A DNA stretch of 53,517 bases from a virus (taxonomy: Duplodnaviria > Caudoviricetes), in the IMG/VR virus record IMGVR_UViG_3300036845_000533, positions 1 through 53,517 of that record, one strand, 5' to 3'. The notes under the pieces are model-generated. The model saw only the letters and a list, made by a program, of their open reading frames with translations, made no database searches and had not been told where the DNA came from. Position 1 is the first letter of the stretch. Every line of letters begins with the position of its first letter. A program made the position numbers and the translations under genes. Shown one piece after another: positions 24,601-34,730 of this stretch.

Positions 24601-25834
24601 ATCTCAGGCCCGTCGACTGCGTGGAATCTGCGGTCAGTTGCTGACCATCGGTGCCGACCACGATGCGCGTCGTCGCGGAACTCGTGCGGGTAATGAGATC
24701 GCCTTTGGCGGTCGTCGGGTCAACTAGAAACTGTGGCGCCGTGGTGATCTTGGACCAGGGCAAGCTGGTGATCCAGGCCGGATTCGCGTACGACTGCGTG
24801 GCATCGACAGCGTTAGTAACCATCGACACGGTGTAGTCCCCGGCTTGCGCGATCACGGCTCCCGTGCGGCCAAAGGCGCTGGTGACGCCAATGGCGGGCG
24901 GCGGCTGCCAGCGCAGGCCCAAAGGCTGCGTCGAATCCGCGACTAGCATGTAGCTGTTCGCCCCGACGGGGAACCGCGCGACCGCTGACGAGCCCCGCAC
25001 GATCAAATCCCCTAACGTCGTGGTGGGATCCGACAGAATGGCAGCTAGTTTAGAAAAATCCACCGCAGCGTAAGCTGCTCCGTTCCAGTACCAATAGACC
25101 GAAGCTCCCTGGTAGCCGATGCCGCCGTAACCGGCATCCGGACTCACGTATGAACTGGAGGACGGCCACGCTTTGGGACTGAAGACCATATCGGAGCGGA
25201 TGCGCATGGTGGTGTGGGTGATGCCGGTGACCTGAACCACTGCAGCCGAGCCGTCATCTGCGCCGCCACCCACCAACAGATGACCAGTGCTGTAATTAAA
25301 AACGAGGTTGGGCGAAGCACCCGGCACACCCGCTTGATTGAGCATCACCTGGGTATCGGAGCCGGGAGCGGCGAAGCCCGTGATAGTGCCCCAACGCAAC
25401 CCGGTGGACTGGCTGGAATCGCAAATGAGAATATGCGAGTCGGCGCCCACCGGCAGTCGTGTGGGTGGCGCTCCCGAGGGCTTGGCGATCAAATCGCCCT
25501 TGGTGGTGGTGGGGTCGAGCATGCCCTGGGCCGCGACGCCCCACTTAACGCCTAACGTTTGGGTGTGGTCGATGACCAGGGCGAGCCCGTCTGTAGTGCC
25601 TATCGGCAACCTTTGCAGTGATCCCACGGTGCCAGCTGTAGGCCCGTGGACGATGAGATCGCCTACCGTGGTGGTGGGATCCGTGAAGACGCCGCTGATC
25701 GTGCAGTTATAGAGATTGAAGCCACCGCCATTGACATCCCCGCCCCAGTTCCGGATGTCGTTCGCCAGGTTATTCAGGTCGACATTGAGTAACTTGTCGC
25801 TGGTCGTAAAACTGTTATTACTGAGCCAAGCCAT
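21620..25834 (-). CDS. Tail fibre with C-terminal intramolecular chaperone (peptidase S74)
   Basis: VGIGT repeats; SDRILKRNI...LRPVSFEW...GVVAQEL. Confidence 0.9.
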   Translation of the reverse strand: MAWLSNNSFTTSDKLLNVDLNNLANDIRNWGGDVNGGGFNLYNCTISGVFTDPTTTVGDLIVHGPTAGTVGSLQRLPIGTTDGLALVIDHTQTLGVKWGVAAQGMLDPTTTKGDLIAKPSGAPPTRLPVGADSHILICDSSQSTGLRWGTITGFAAPGSDTQVMLNQAGVPGASPNLVFNYSTGHLLVGGGADDGSAAVVQVTGITHTTMRIRSDMVFSPKAWPSSSSYVSPDAGYGGIGYQGASVYWYWNGAAYAAVDFSKLAAILSDPTTTLGDLIVRGSSAVARFPVGANSYMLVADSTQPLGLRWQPPPAIGVTSAFGRTGAVIAQAGDYTVSMVTNAVDATQSYANPAWITSLPWSKITTAPQFLVDPTTAKGDLITRTSSATTRIVVGTDGQQLTADSTQSTGLRWASPSTMVVTTISPGALSGAVIFTAGANVSLSQITNSSGQQIAISVPNINSSTGMADPTTSQGDLIVHGLTAGTTRMPVGTAGQILTVDTTQDLGMKWAAPAAFVGVTSLSPGALTGAVTLLGGSNVLISQSAQNITIGVPNVMVDPMTTKGDLVVHGTATTRLPVGTDGQVLSADSTQVLGVKWATAAAGTAAGADQQVQVNKAGAMGASPNLLFDYNNGYLTLTGPTGPNTVVAQFVYTGAQASLGCNWASHVARGTSAAPTALQAGDKLTGLRGFGYDGANSQLDAEIAMFAESTFTSGVGYGNIVFQTNNGAATITERMRISAAGLVGIGTSSPTEALDVTGHVRMRYVTGTGAGFWLDNSTAAEQCFVGLNAATNSWRLFSTISGQNHLSVNLDPAVNGVATIVGDASNLTTTMSAAQLIITGSPATGNTNKSLWIGFGTTNNVGVIQAGIAGTGYNNLLLNPLGGSVGIGTATPGGALAVRTGANENLCVTTDGTVLIVQAMNDANSAYVPLSYRASVHEFSGGNVGIGTATPGVPLDVAGAIRSTATGIDMRIQAGAGGGGGVGTFSNTPVLMFANSTEYMRLTSAGNVGIGTSTPASQLHVYGAGTTKTSYTNGDATGGTIYLQDSGAGANNGGQILFGSSFGISSAIKCVVTNSTGPAGDLIFMTRTTSGDVVERMRVAATSYVGIGTSNPLVPFQVRTTTNENLFIADGGGGFLGISAVNDANTANTPMKLSASVFQFAIGNVGIAKAPAYALDVSGDLNITGTYRVNGNPISTGGGGVTSIAANAPITASASTGAVTLGYTGISSLATNTSTNLSLSGSTGAVTIGFFGVTVFLNGSSVATATRPAINFAAGINMSVSGNDGGSQTNVTYAYTSDRILKRNIRDLEGGLSIVNRLRPVSFEWNGLGGMKEGQRASGVVAQELKETLPDSVYPFDVRLRPGDAESSEILGYDPNQILFHAVLALQQVDKRLNELEAIIKGKKA

Positions 25835-25861
25835 GACGATGGTCTCCTCGTCGATTGCGGT

Positions 25862-26179
25862 TTAATGTTCCACTAGCGCTTCCAACTGCGGTAAGCCGTT
25901 GGCCTTCCCGGGCACCAGCGGAGGATCATCCGGCACGACTACCAGGATGGTGCCCATCTGCGCACCCGGTCGGGCGTTCTCGAAGCGCTCGATGCCACGC
26001 GTCACCAGGGCCTGGCGGATTAAGCCGCGCTGCTTCTCCACGGCCTGATCGCGTAGCTTGCGGGCCTGGTCGAGTTGTTCCGAGAACATGCCGACCTGGG
26101 CCCAGGCCTGCGTCAATTCCTGGTCGATACCTTGTGCTGCCTGTATCTCCCGCTGATCCAACTGAATCGTCTTTTCCAT
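25862..26179 (-). CDS. Hypothetical coiled-coil protein
   Basis: AAGGAG RBS; lies between tail genes. Confidence 0.65.
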   Translation of the reverse strand: MEKTIQLDQREIQAAQGIDQELTQAWAQVGMFSEQLDQARKLRDQAVEKQRGLIRQALVTRGIERFENARPGAQMGTILVVVPDDPPLVPGKANGLPQLEALVEH

Positions 26180-26192
26180 AGCTTTGCTCCTT

Positions 26193-29100
26193 CTATACGA
26201 CACTCATAACCAGACCGCCATTGACGGTCACGGTTTTCCCATCCGCTGATTTGAACGTCGAGATCCCCGCGTTAGCCCAACCCTGCCCAAAGATTCCAAA
26301 CTGGCTAGCCGCTACCTGCGCATTGGCCTGAAGGCCATTCCCCGACCACGTACCGTTATAGTCACAGCACTTCTTACCGCTGACCGTGAAGGCATCCGTC
26401 GTGCCGGAGGGATTGATCGCCAAGGCCTCGCCGGTGATTTGCCCGGTACAGGAAACGCTGCCACACCCAACCCCATTCGCACCGACATTTACACCCGCGC
26501 CGGTGAACGACCCGTTGGTATAGCCAGCAAAACTCACCGTCGCGGCGGAATTGAGGGAAACCACAACTGTACCCGTACCGGAAACGGACACGCCGGTGCC
26601 GCCGCTAATCTGCGTCACTCCGGTATTGGAGATGACGACCGCGCCCATAGTAGGATTCACCGAAATCCCTGGCCCGGAAGCGCTCACGGAGGCGACCGCG
26701 CTTCCGCCGCCTCCGACCCAGTTCCCGCTCGCGTCCACCAGTGACTTCGAGCCCTGGGAAAGAGTGCCGCGAAGGACGACGTTCCCATTCGTGTCAACGC
26801 TGAAGTTTGTCAACGCGGCATGGTTGTAGAGATAGAAAGAGGAGTCTCCGAATATGGACTGAACGGAACCATCAGGGTTGTATATAGCGCCACCGGAAGA
26901 AAGACTCACTGTAATTGTCGAGGGATTTACCGGGCTGTACATGGCCAGCCAACCCCAAAATTGCGAAGGAAAATCGCTGCCTTGCGAATTCCCATTAACC
27001 ATCGCCAGCGACGTGATGATCCCATAGTTCTGTGAAGAAGTTCCCCTCAGCACTAAGCCACGATTCAAGAAGACTGACCCGAATATCTGCGAAGCGTTAG
27101 CTGGTGCTCCCGTGCCTTCATAGATCATAATGCCGGGAAACTGGTAAGTATTGTTAGATGATCCGACGCCGCTCCAAATGCCCTTGCCCATCAGGATCGT
27201 GTAGGCCGAGTTGTAAGGGGGAGTGCTGTTATTGGCTGCGAAGCCGATGCTGAACTGATCGGTGTCTCGAATATAGAACTTGCCGGAGCCATCGATCAGA
27301 ACCTGCCAATTACCAGTGCTCTTCCCACCCGCCGCGAACTGGTTAAACCAAGCTCCTGAAGTTATACCAACAGGAACCGTCTGAACCGCACCACCGTCAC
27401 CGGGATGAGGAGGATTGGTGAGCATGGCTCCCATGCGGCCCATCTCCGTGCCATAGTTGTCGCGCAAGGAAATATACGGATAGGGCGAACCAGCAGCGGC
27501 AGCGATTCCGCCAACCTGCACGATGCCATTTGGATCGATCCAGAGAGGCGCATGCGCGGGAGAATCCCCGCCCACCCAAAGCTGCCCAAACCACGCGCCG
27601 CCATAGTTATTTGATCCCACGGTGTTTTGCGGCTGCTGCCCGGTGCTTACCTGCGCCACGCCAATCCAGCCGACCATCTTACTGTTGCTGTCGAAAACGC
27701 CGATCTGCCCGGCCTGTGAAGTCGTGGAAAAGCTGTTTTTGCCGCCGACCTGTAGGAGCGAGCCGACCTGGATTTTCCCTGCGCCGATACCGCTCACCGT
27801 CAGATCGGTGCTGTTGGGATCCCAAAAAAACTCACTGGAGAACCATTGCGGCGTAAGCGGATTCCGGCTGGGAATAATCACGCCTTCGGTCGGCGTATAG
27901 GTGTAAGCAATGAATGGTGTTTTGCCGGTCTCCAACGAATTACGGTTTCCCTGTGGGTCGCGGCTGAGTAAATAAAACTGTAACGGAACAGGGACGCCGA
28001 ATCCGAACGGACCCGGTGAGGGAATCGCAGGCGTGGTGAACTTATTCTGCCCCTGCGGAACCTGCCAGATAATCGGTTGGGAGATGTCACCGTTGACCAC
28101 TAACGCTACGGACACTCCGCCGAACTGATTGCTGGCCGGAGGGGACCACGCGCCATTGGTGCCATTGATCGCGAAGGTCACCATACGCACGCCGTCACTG
28201 GAAGTCGACTCGGTGGGCACCACCGTCGCGCCCGCGTTGACGGTCACAAGCGGTGCATACTCCTCGCCGCCGCCCATCACGCCTATCCCTGGAGGGCCGA
28301 CGGTCCAGGCCACCACCGGCGACGTCCAAGTCGGGCTTCCATAGGTCTTGGGGTCGTCTTCCAGTTGCCCGTTGAAGTCCACCGAAATCGCGGCAATGGT
28401 CCAGGTCTCCGGAGTGACCGGCACGTTTTGAATCTGTGGAGTGGCCTGCGTGTCGGTAGCGCTCATCTGCGACCAGATTTGCGCGGGCACGGGCGCTGTT
28501 CCAGTAGTCGCTACGCGGTAAAGAAACATCCCGGCGTAGCGCACCAGATTGGTCGTCGGGAGCACCCAGGAAAAGGTTGCCTCCAGGACGAAGGAGCCAT
28601 CGAGAAGATAGATCACCTGAGCCGATCCCGGAACGATCTGGAGATTGGTGACCTTGGGCGCGGCGGGGGTCGGGTCAATGGTGATATCGACCGAAGGCGT
28701 GATCCCATCCACAATGCTGTTCTGGTCGCCGCCCACATCCGTCGACACGAAGTACACGCGGAAGCTGCCTTTCGATGCCGGGTACTCGGTTGACTTCCAG
28801 GACTGTACCTGCCCCACTGTCGCCGCAGTTGCTACAAAGGGATGTTGCATGGCCTGGATCAACCGGCCACTATCGAAGTACTTGTACCAGATGGCTACGC
28901 CTCCAAATGCACTCAGCCCTGGCGGGCGGTGCGCTTCCTGCTCCGGCGTGGGCGGGGTGTAGCTGAACGTCAATGTGTAGAGCGGCGGCGCGAGATTGTA
29001 TTCCGTATTGACCGTTACGCCCGCGTTCGTCACCAGCCACGCGACCTCCATGCCGCTCACGTAGGTGCTTGACACGGCGGGGATGGTAACGACAACGGAC

Positions 29101-29597
29101 GGTGTGGGCGTCTGGGTCGTGTCATTGGCGCGGACGAGCTGCGGAGTGCTATTGGGACCGAAGGCCGCGAGGTAAATGCGAACGCTGCGGTCGACGTCGC
29201 CCTCCGGAATCAGGACCGCCACCGGCGATTTGGTGGTGTTCTGATCCCGCTGGGGATTCCATTGGCCGCTGACTTGAGCTGATCCATCCAGGGACGTACT
29301 CCCGTCAAGCGGAGCTTCCGCGCCCGAACTGATATCGGGATCCTCGATGAAGACCGCAGCGCCCGCATAATTGTTGGCCGTAGCGGAGGCATCTGCGGTG
29401 TAGGTAACATCCACCTCCACCAGATCCGTTTCGCGCGGGATCACTTTTTGGCCGGTGATCGTAACCGGCGGCGCGGCACCCACGCTGCCGCCTCCAGCCC
29501 CGGCCACCGACGTTTCGACAATCCATGACCCTGGAGTCGCGCCCACGCGTGAAATGGGGCGGGGCGGTTTGACGTTTCGATTCGGGAAAAGGCTCAT
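26193..29597 (-). CDS. Large minor tail/adsorption protein
   Basis: 1134 aa, beta-rich and G/S/T-rich; C-terminal GKTVTVNGGL. Confidence 0.75.
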   Translation of the reverse strand: MSLFPNRNVKPPRPISRVGATPGSWIVETSVAGAGGGSVGAAPPVTITGQKVIPRETDLVEVDVTYTADASATANNYAGAAVFIEDPDISSGAEAPLDGSTSLDGSAQVSGQWNPQRDQNTTKSPVAVLIPEGDVDRSVRIYLAAFGPNSTPQLVRANDTTQTPTPSVVVTIPAVSSTYVSGMEVAWLVTNAGVTVNTEYNLAPPLYTLTFSYTPPTPEQEAHRPPGLSAFGGVAIWYKYFDSGRLIQAMQHPFVATAATVGQVQSWKSTEYPASKGSFRVYFVSTDVGGDQNSIVDGITPSVDITIDPTPAAPKVTNLQIVPGSAQVIYLLDGSFVLEATFSWVLPTTNLVRYAGMFLYRVATTGTAPVPAQIWSQMSATDTQATPQIQNVPVTPETWTIAAISVDFNGQLEDDPKTYGSPTWTSPVVAWTVGPPGIGVMGGGEEYAPLVTVNAGATVVPTESTSSDGVRMVTFAINGTNGAWSPPASNQFGGVSVALVVNGDISQPIIWQVPQGQNKFTTPAIPSPGPFGFGVPVPLQFYLLSRDPQGNRNSLETGKTPFIAYTYTPTEGVIIPSRNPLTPQWFSSEFFWDPNSTDLTVSGIGAGKIQVGSLLQVGGKNSFSTTSQAGQIGVFDSNSKMVGWIGVAQVSTGQQPQNTVGSNNYGGAWFGQLWVGGDSPAHAPLWIDPNGIVQVGGIAAAAGSPYPYISLRDNYGTEMGRMGAMLTNPPHPGDGGAVQTVPVGITSGAWFNQFAAGGKSTGNWQVLIDGSGKFYIRDTDQFSIGFAANNSTPPYNSAYTILMGKGIWSGVGSSNNTYQFPGIMIYEGTGAPANASQIFGSVFLNRGLVLRGTSSQNYGIITSLAMVNGNSQGSDFPSQFWGWLAMYSPVNPSTITVSLSSGGAIYNPDGSVQSIFGDSSFYLYNHAALTNFSVDTNGNVVLRGTLSQGSKSLVDASGNWVGGGGSAVASVSASGPGISVNPTMGAVVISNTGVTQISGGTGVSVSGTGTVVVSLNSAATVSFAGYTNGSFTGAGVNVGANGVGCGSVSCTGQITGEALAINPSGTTDAFTVSGKKCCDYNGTWSGNGLQANAQVAASQFGIFGQGWANAGISTFKSADGKTVTVNGGLVMSVV

Positions 29598-32500
29598 GTG
29601 GTGTAGATAGCTCCTGACGTGATACGCGCCGTCCCGCCAGCCGTGGAAAGGGTATATTGCTGCGTGCCGTCCGGAAATACATCTCCTCCCGTCGTAGCAA
29701 TGATGGTGTTGTTGGGGCCGATGTTGAAGACCAGCAGTCCGCCCTGATAGTCCCCGAGGCGCGGGAGCGTAATCGTCACGTCATTGGCCGAGGTATCCAC
29801 GCGGATCACCTGATCGCTGATCGCAACGGCGAACGGCCCTGCGCCGGGCCCCACGGTCCGGACCGGCACGGCGAACACCCAGCAGGGCCGGATGGGCGCT
29901 CCCAAACTGCTGAAGTTGTTATTCGCATCGACCGTCGCGATCTCGAAGATCATTTCCTGATTCTGATAAGCCGTGATCGGAATGGTTCCGATCACGCTCT
30001 TGGCCGTGGCCTGGGTGTTAGCTATGGACATGGTGGGCAGATCGTAGCTGTAGGTACTGGCGACAATGAAAAACGTCGAGACGTTGCCCGCCGCGCCGCT
30101 GGGGTTGATCTCCCACGCCGGATCAATGGTGAGTGTGGTTGCCGTGTTGCCGGTGATATTCCTTTCCTGCCCGGCGCCGGGACCCTCCCAGATGATGACG
30201 TGATATCCGATCAATCCGTCCGGAGTCAGGCCAGCGGACTGCGAATTGATGAAGAGCGCGTCCCCGATGGTGGTGTCGCTGTTGATATTGGCCTCCGCTA
30301 TCACCACCAGGACGTCATTGACGTTGAAATAGCCACCTTCCGGAGTGGTGACCGTAAAACTCGTGGCGTCATTGGACTCGACCACCGAGTAGTTGATGGC
30401 CTGATCGGTGGCATCTCCAGCCCCATTCATCGCCGTGCCGATGTGGAAGAGGGTGCGGTTCGCAAACTCGTTGACGGTCATCCCCGCCAGATCCACCACG
30501 ATGTTGGTGAGGGTTGCGGAGTTCACCGAACACCCGACCACGCCGAGATTCGCCGCCCAGCGCATGCGCAGGCGGAAGTGATCGAACTTGGGGTCCGGGG
30601 CGCCATACGATGCGCCAGCGCCGGAGGATCCCTGAATGGTGATATTCGCGGACGGCGCGGCTGGCGGTGAGGCGATTTGCGGCTTACCGTAGACCGAACC
30701 CATGTGGTAGATGTCCGGTCCGCAAAACACGTCGTAGCCGATGGAGTTTGGATCCCAGATCACGCCGGTCCACGTGAACTGCCCGTTGCCGCCGGATGGC
30801 ACGGTGAAGGTGGCGATCGCTGAAGCGAGCGAATACAACCCGTTGGCGTCGATGCCATAGAGCACCGCCGCATAGTTGCCCGCCGGTAATGCGCCGCCTG
30901 TCGTGACGGCCTCCGTCGCCGCCGAAGTATCCGGTGCCAGCAGCGTCGGAGAGAAGGAATTCACCGGAGTCGTCGATGTGATGTCAACCAGCAGATCGCT
31001 CGAGTTCGTCCTCTGGGTCAGACCGAGAGTCTCGAAGTCGTGGCCATCCGTCACCGCGCCCGGAATCAGACACCACGGCGCATGCGCCCCGGACGCCACA
31101 ATGGGACCGGCTGGCACCCACTCCGACGCTACCAGCGCTGCATTGACGGCGCGGATCTGCACGATGTAGGAGATTCCATCGACCACGCCGCCGATCACCA
31201 CCTGCGTGACGCCCGGATTGATCGAAGTTAAGCCGGTCCACGGTGGATGCGGCTCCAGAATGTAATCCGCACTGGTCACGGCGTTGGTGGGAGAGGGCGT
31301 AACCGTTGCCGTGCTCGTTCCCGAAATGGCCGTAATCGTGAAGATCAGCGGCGGCGACGCACTTTTAACCGTCAGCGTGGCGGAAATATAGGCGTAAACG
31401 AGAACCGGATCCGAAAAGGTTGCGTTGCCCAGCCGGTCAATCGACACGGTGCCTTGAGTAACGGTCGCATAGTACTGCTGATACTCGATTTCGATATGAC
31501 CGCCCTGCAGTACATAGCCATCGGCCGGCGCAGTCCAGCTCACGAGAACGGTATCGTGAATGGCTCCATTGACGACGACGGTGGTGGAGTAATCGCTTTC
31601 CAGTTCGACATTGGTAGGTGGCGCGGGATTGTAGGTGCTGGGAAGAACGGCCTGCTGGTAGCCTTGCGCGGTGAGTTCTTCGATGGGATTCCAGTCGTAA
31701 ACGGAACTATCGGTTTCCTGCACGTCGGCGCTGACGCCCAGCATAATCACTGGCGCCGACCCTCCCGGCACCGTCTGTTCAGTGGAGGTAAAGCGGAGCG
31801 CAGTAACTTCGAGAGTCTTGGGTGGGTTCGGGGAGTTACCCCAGCCGAAGAACGGTATCGTGACCTGAATGACATCCAGCACGGCCATGGCATATCCAGC
31901 CAGATTGAAACTCAGGGTTCCGGTGCCGAATTGCCGCCGCCGCAGAAGTTCGATCTTGCAGATGCGCTGGGCCATCGAAGACGAGATGGTAAACGGAAGC
32001 TGGATGTCGAGCCAGCGGCGGATGTTCAGATCCTGAGAGAGATTGATGTCCTGATAATGCTGCTCCCAGGCCGATGGACTGGTGTCCGGTTCTTGTCCAA
32101 TGCTATTGGTAAGCGCAACGTAGCCGTAGCCGTCATAAGTCGTCTGGTCGCCGGAAAGATAGTTGAAGGTCGAAGACCAGGACGACAATCCCGAAACGGG
32201 CGGACCCAAGGTATAGCCGTGCGTCGAATCCTGCGCGTAAGGAGGAATATCGCCGGGTTGCCAGTCATTGTCCGGCGAAACATACATGCCCTTGACGCCG
32301 TTGTAGAGATCACGCAGGGAAACGGTAGGCTTCCAGCGCATGGGGCCTGCCATTTGTCCCATGGTCGGCGCAGGATAAGGCGTGGCCCCATACCAGACGC
32401 CGGGCCAGATGATCCACTGGCCCGCCGAATAAGTAATCTTGCCCGCGCAGCTGGTCAGGAGATTTTGCAGGATCCGGCCACGCCCCAGAGACAGATCAAA

Positions 32501-33688
32501 GTGACCATTGCAGCTATAGCGCGGTTCCGTGCTGCCGTCTGCCAGCGGAACCGCCTCATCGCAGTGATTGGCTGCCGTAATCAGCGGCGCAGTCGGGACC
32601 TCGGTCTGATAGGTCGCCGCGAAGCCATAGGTGGTGTTCATCAGGTAGTCGGCGATGCAGAGCGCGGCGTTCTCGGTATAACCGACCGGCCCGCGCGGAT
32701 CGGTGATGTTGTTCTTGCCGTGGATCAGGAAGCTGATCGAAGGAATGCCTCCGGAGAAGGCTTGCTGATTATAAGTCATGCGAATCATCGCGCAGGCTTT
32801 GCCCTGGAGGATGTGGTCTGCGGTCCACGGATTGACGGGGTTCGTGATGATGTCGTTCAGATCTCCGCCGTTGGGGGTGCCGGACGTCATGCCTATGAAG
32901 GTGCTGGTCTGATTGCCGAGTAGAACCTCCATGTAGATGTTGTTGCCATAGTTCGGCCAGACGGTGTTCACCTGGCCGCCCGGCCCCAGCGTTGTATCGA
33001 GGCCTCCGCAGAGATACTGGAAGGTCATGTAACTCGGGGTGGCCGGGTAATGAATCGGGTTGAAAATCTTATATTTGCCATTCAGCGGCTTGCCGGAGAC
33101 AGCCGTCACATTGCTGATCCAAACCTGATCCCCATCCAATAAGAGCGGGATGTCGCCGCCACTGGTTTTCGTGGTAACGGTCACCACACCCTGGGCGCGA
33201 ACAATGCTCGCGATCGCAACCACCTGCTGGGTCGGTGTGAAACTGTTGCCGATGGTGACGAAGGGGCCGGGATTGCCAGAGCCATCATTGCGGCTTAACT
33301 GGACTTGCTGCTTGTCGAACAGAAGCCGGTCCACAGACTGGATCTCGTGCGCAGCCAGAACGATCACCATATCCAGGTACTTATCGTTTGAGCCGAATTC
33401 ATTGATGAAAACGATGGTGCCGCCCACCGCGCATTGGCCGTAACAGATATCCCACGCCTTAACCGGATTGCGGCTGGCGAAGGTGACCCCGGGCGTCGCG
33501 GTGGCGCTCGAAAGCAGGGTTCCGAGCCCCGAGAGCAGCATCCCGGCACCGGAAGTCACCAATGCGCTCAGAATCAGGGCCGTCATAGAACCAACGGCAA
33601 TCGCACCGATTCCGCCCGAAGCCACCACAATCGCCACGGCGGCGATGATTTCCAGACCGCCAATAATGATCGAAGCGAACTTGGACAC
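29594..33688 (-). CDS. Tail tip / host-specificity protein (J-like)
   Basis: ICYGQCAVGG, ENAALCIADY, AANHCDE, RY.CNG; FN3-like segments. Confidence 0.85.
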   Translation of the reverse strand: MSKFASIIIGGLEIIAAVAIVVASGGIGAIAVGSMTALILSALVTSGAGMLLSGLGTLLSSATATPGVTFASRNPVKAWDICYGQCAVGGTIVFINEFGSNDKYLDMVIVLAAHEIQSVDRLLFDKQQVQLSRNDGSGNPGPFVTIGNSFTPTQQVVAIASIVRAQGVVTVTTKTSGGDIPLLLDGDQVWISNVTAVSGKPLNGKYKIFNPIHYPATPSYMTFQYLCGGLDTTLGPGGQVNTVWPNYGNNIYMEVLLGNQTSTFIGMTSGTPNGGDLNDIITNPVNPWTADHILQGKACAMIRMTYNQQAFSGGIPSISFLIHGKNNITDPRGPVGYTENAALCIADYLMNTTYGFAATYQTEVPTAPLITAANHCDEAVPLADGSTEPRYSCNGHFDLSLGRGRILQNLLTSCAGKITYSAGQWIIWPGVWYGATPYPAPTMGQMAGPMRWKPTVSLRDLYNGVKGMYVSPDNDWQPGDIPPYAQDSTHGYTLGPPVSGLSSWSSTFNYLSGDQTTYDGYGYVALTNSIGQEPDTSPSAWEQHYQDINLSQDLNIRRWLDIQLPFTISSSMAQRICKIELLRRRQFGTGTLSFNLAGYAMAVLDVIQVTIPFFGWGNSPNPPKTLEVTALRFTSTEQTVPGGSAPVIMLGVSADVQETDSSVYDWNPIEELTAQGYQQAVLPSTYNPAPPTNVELESDYSTTVVVNGAIHDTVLVSWTAPADGYVLQGGHIEIEYQQYYATVTQGTVSIDRLGNATFSDPVLVYAYISATLTVKSASPPLIFTITAISGTSTATVTPSPTNAVTSADYILEPHPPWTGLTSINPGVTQVVIGGVVDGISYIVQIRAVNAALVASEWVPAGPIVASGAHAPWCLIPGAVTDGHDFETLGLTQRTNSSDLLVDITSTTPVNSFSPTLLAPDTSAATEAVTTGGALPAGNYAAVLYGIDANGLYSLASAIATFTVPSGGNGQFTWTGVIWDPNSIGYDVFCGPDIYHMGSVYGKPQIASPPAAPSANITIQGSSGAGASYGAPDPKFDHFRLRMRWAANLGVVGCSVNSATLTNIVVDLAGMTVNEFANRTLFHIGTAMNGAGDATDQAINYSVVESNDATSFTVTTPEGGYFNVNDVLVVIAEANINSDTTIGDALFINSQSAGLTPDGLIGYHVIIWEGPGAGQERNITGNTATTLTIDPAWEINPSGAAGNVSTFFIVASTYSYDLPTMSIANTQATAKSVIGTIPITAYQNQEMIFEIATVDANNNFSSLGAPIRPCWVFAVPVRTVGPGAGPFAVAISDQVIRVDTSANDVTITLPRLGDYQGGLLVFNIGPNNTIIATTGGDVFPDGTQQYTLSTAGGTARITSGAIYTT

Positions 33689-33694
33689 GGAAAG

Positions 33695-34138
33695 TTAAAC
33701 TCTCCAGCCACGCGCGATGCGCGCCAGCGGAACCCATGCCAGGCCGACCTTGGCGGGAGTAACGATCTCGCGGCCATTGAGATCCATGATGCCCATGGAG
33801 TAGCCGCTGCCGCGCCGGATCAGGGCCACGTCCCCGCGCTGCATGCGCAACGGATCGACTTCCGGCATCTGGTGGTCCCCGCAGACCTTCTCAACCAGAG
33901 CCATCACCGACGTGCTTCCGACATGTTCCCGCACCAGATGGAGCGCCTCGGTGCGGTTCCGGTAGCGGCCCCGGACCCAGTCGGCCATGTCTCGTCCAGT
34001 CATCGCCAGGACGGCATCGCAAGTAAACAGACCGCAATCGAGGAGGCCATAAGCGAACCACTTCGACCGGCTCCCTTCGAGAAATACATCCAGACGGGAC
34101 GGCCAGTCCCACAGCCGGACCAGACCCTCATCAGGCAT
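33695..34138 (-). CDS. NlpC/P60-like tail assembly protein (DUF6950-like)
   Basis: FAYGLLDC.LF..DAV.AMTG.D, RGDV. Confidence 0.8.
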   Translation of the reverse strand: MPDEGLVRLWDWPSRLDVFLEGSRSKWFAYGLLDCGLFTCDAVLAMTGRDMADWVRGRYRNRTEALHLVREHVGSTSVMALVEKVCGDHQMPEVDPLRMQRGDVALIRRGSGYSMGIMDLNGREIVTPAKVGLAWVPLARIARGWRV

Positions 34139-34730
34139 TGTAGGAACTCATGGGAGTGGCACCGAAATAAATGGTGGTTTCGATGAGTCCCTGCACGAAT
34201 TCAAGGCCCGTATCGCCGGGATAATCGAGCTGCTGATCGTCGTTGGTGTAGCGCCGCGCCGCGACGACATTCAAAATCACCAGCTTGTTCTCGCACGCGA
34301 TGGTGATGACCGCGCTCTGACCGGCCACGTCGATCGTGGGCTGATCCATGTAGCCCACGAAGATCGGGATGGGCGTGTCGACGAAAACCCCTGCGGCGGT
34401 GAAAAAGCCCAGATAAACCGTGACTGGCGCGCCCAACGAAAACTCAGTGAGGACTTCAGTGAGCAGGTTTGTGTCGACGCCGCTGAGCGTGAGTGTGATT
34501 CCCCGCGCGTTCACGCTCGAACCCTCTTCGATGGCCGAAAGCGAGCCCATCGTGCCAATCCCGCTGTAGGTATGCGCGGTTGAAGCACCTGCGGCGGTAA
34601 ATGTGATCTGGCCCCAGCCGGTCCACAGATACACCGGCCCGCTCGTAAACGTAGCTGCAAGAAAGATCGCCGGATAAACCACGTTGGACTGGCAGGCATC
34701 GAGCATGGCGGTGGATAACTGGCGCGGCAT
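34131..34730 (-). CDS. Minor tail (hub-associated) protein
   Basis: LWTGWG, RRYT.DDQQ..YPGD.G.EFV. Confidence 0.8.
   Translation of the reverse strand: MPRQLSTAMLDACQSNVVYPAIFLAATFTSGPVYLWTGWGQITFTAAGASTAHTYSGIGTMGSLSAIEEGSSVNARGITLTLSGVDTNLLTEVLTEFSLGAPVTVYLGFFTAAGVFVDTPIPIFVGYMDQPTIDVAGQSAVITIACENKLVILNVVAARRYTNDDQQLDYPGDTGLEFVQGLIETTIYFGATPMSSYNA

Noticed and set aside
21620-25834. Diversity-generating retroelement or invertible tail-fibre switch
   Set aside because: No reverse transcriptase or invertase gene, and I saw no near-identical template/variable repeat pair.
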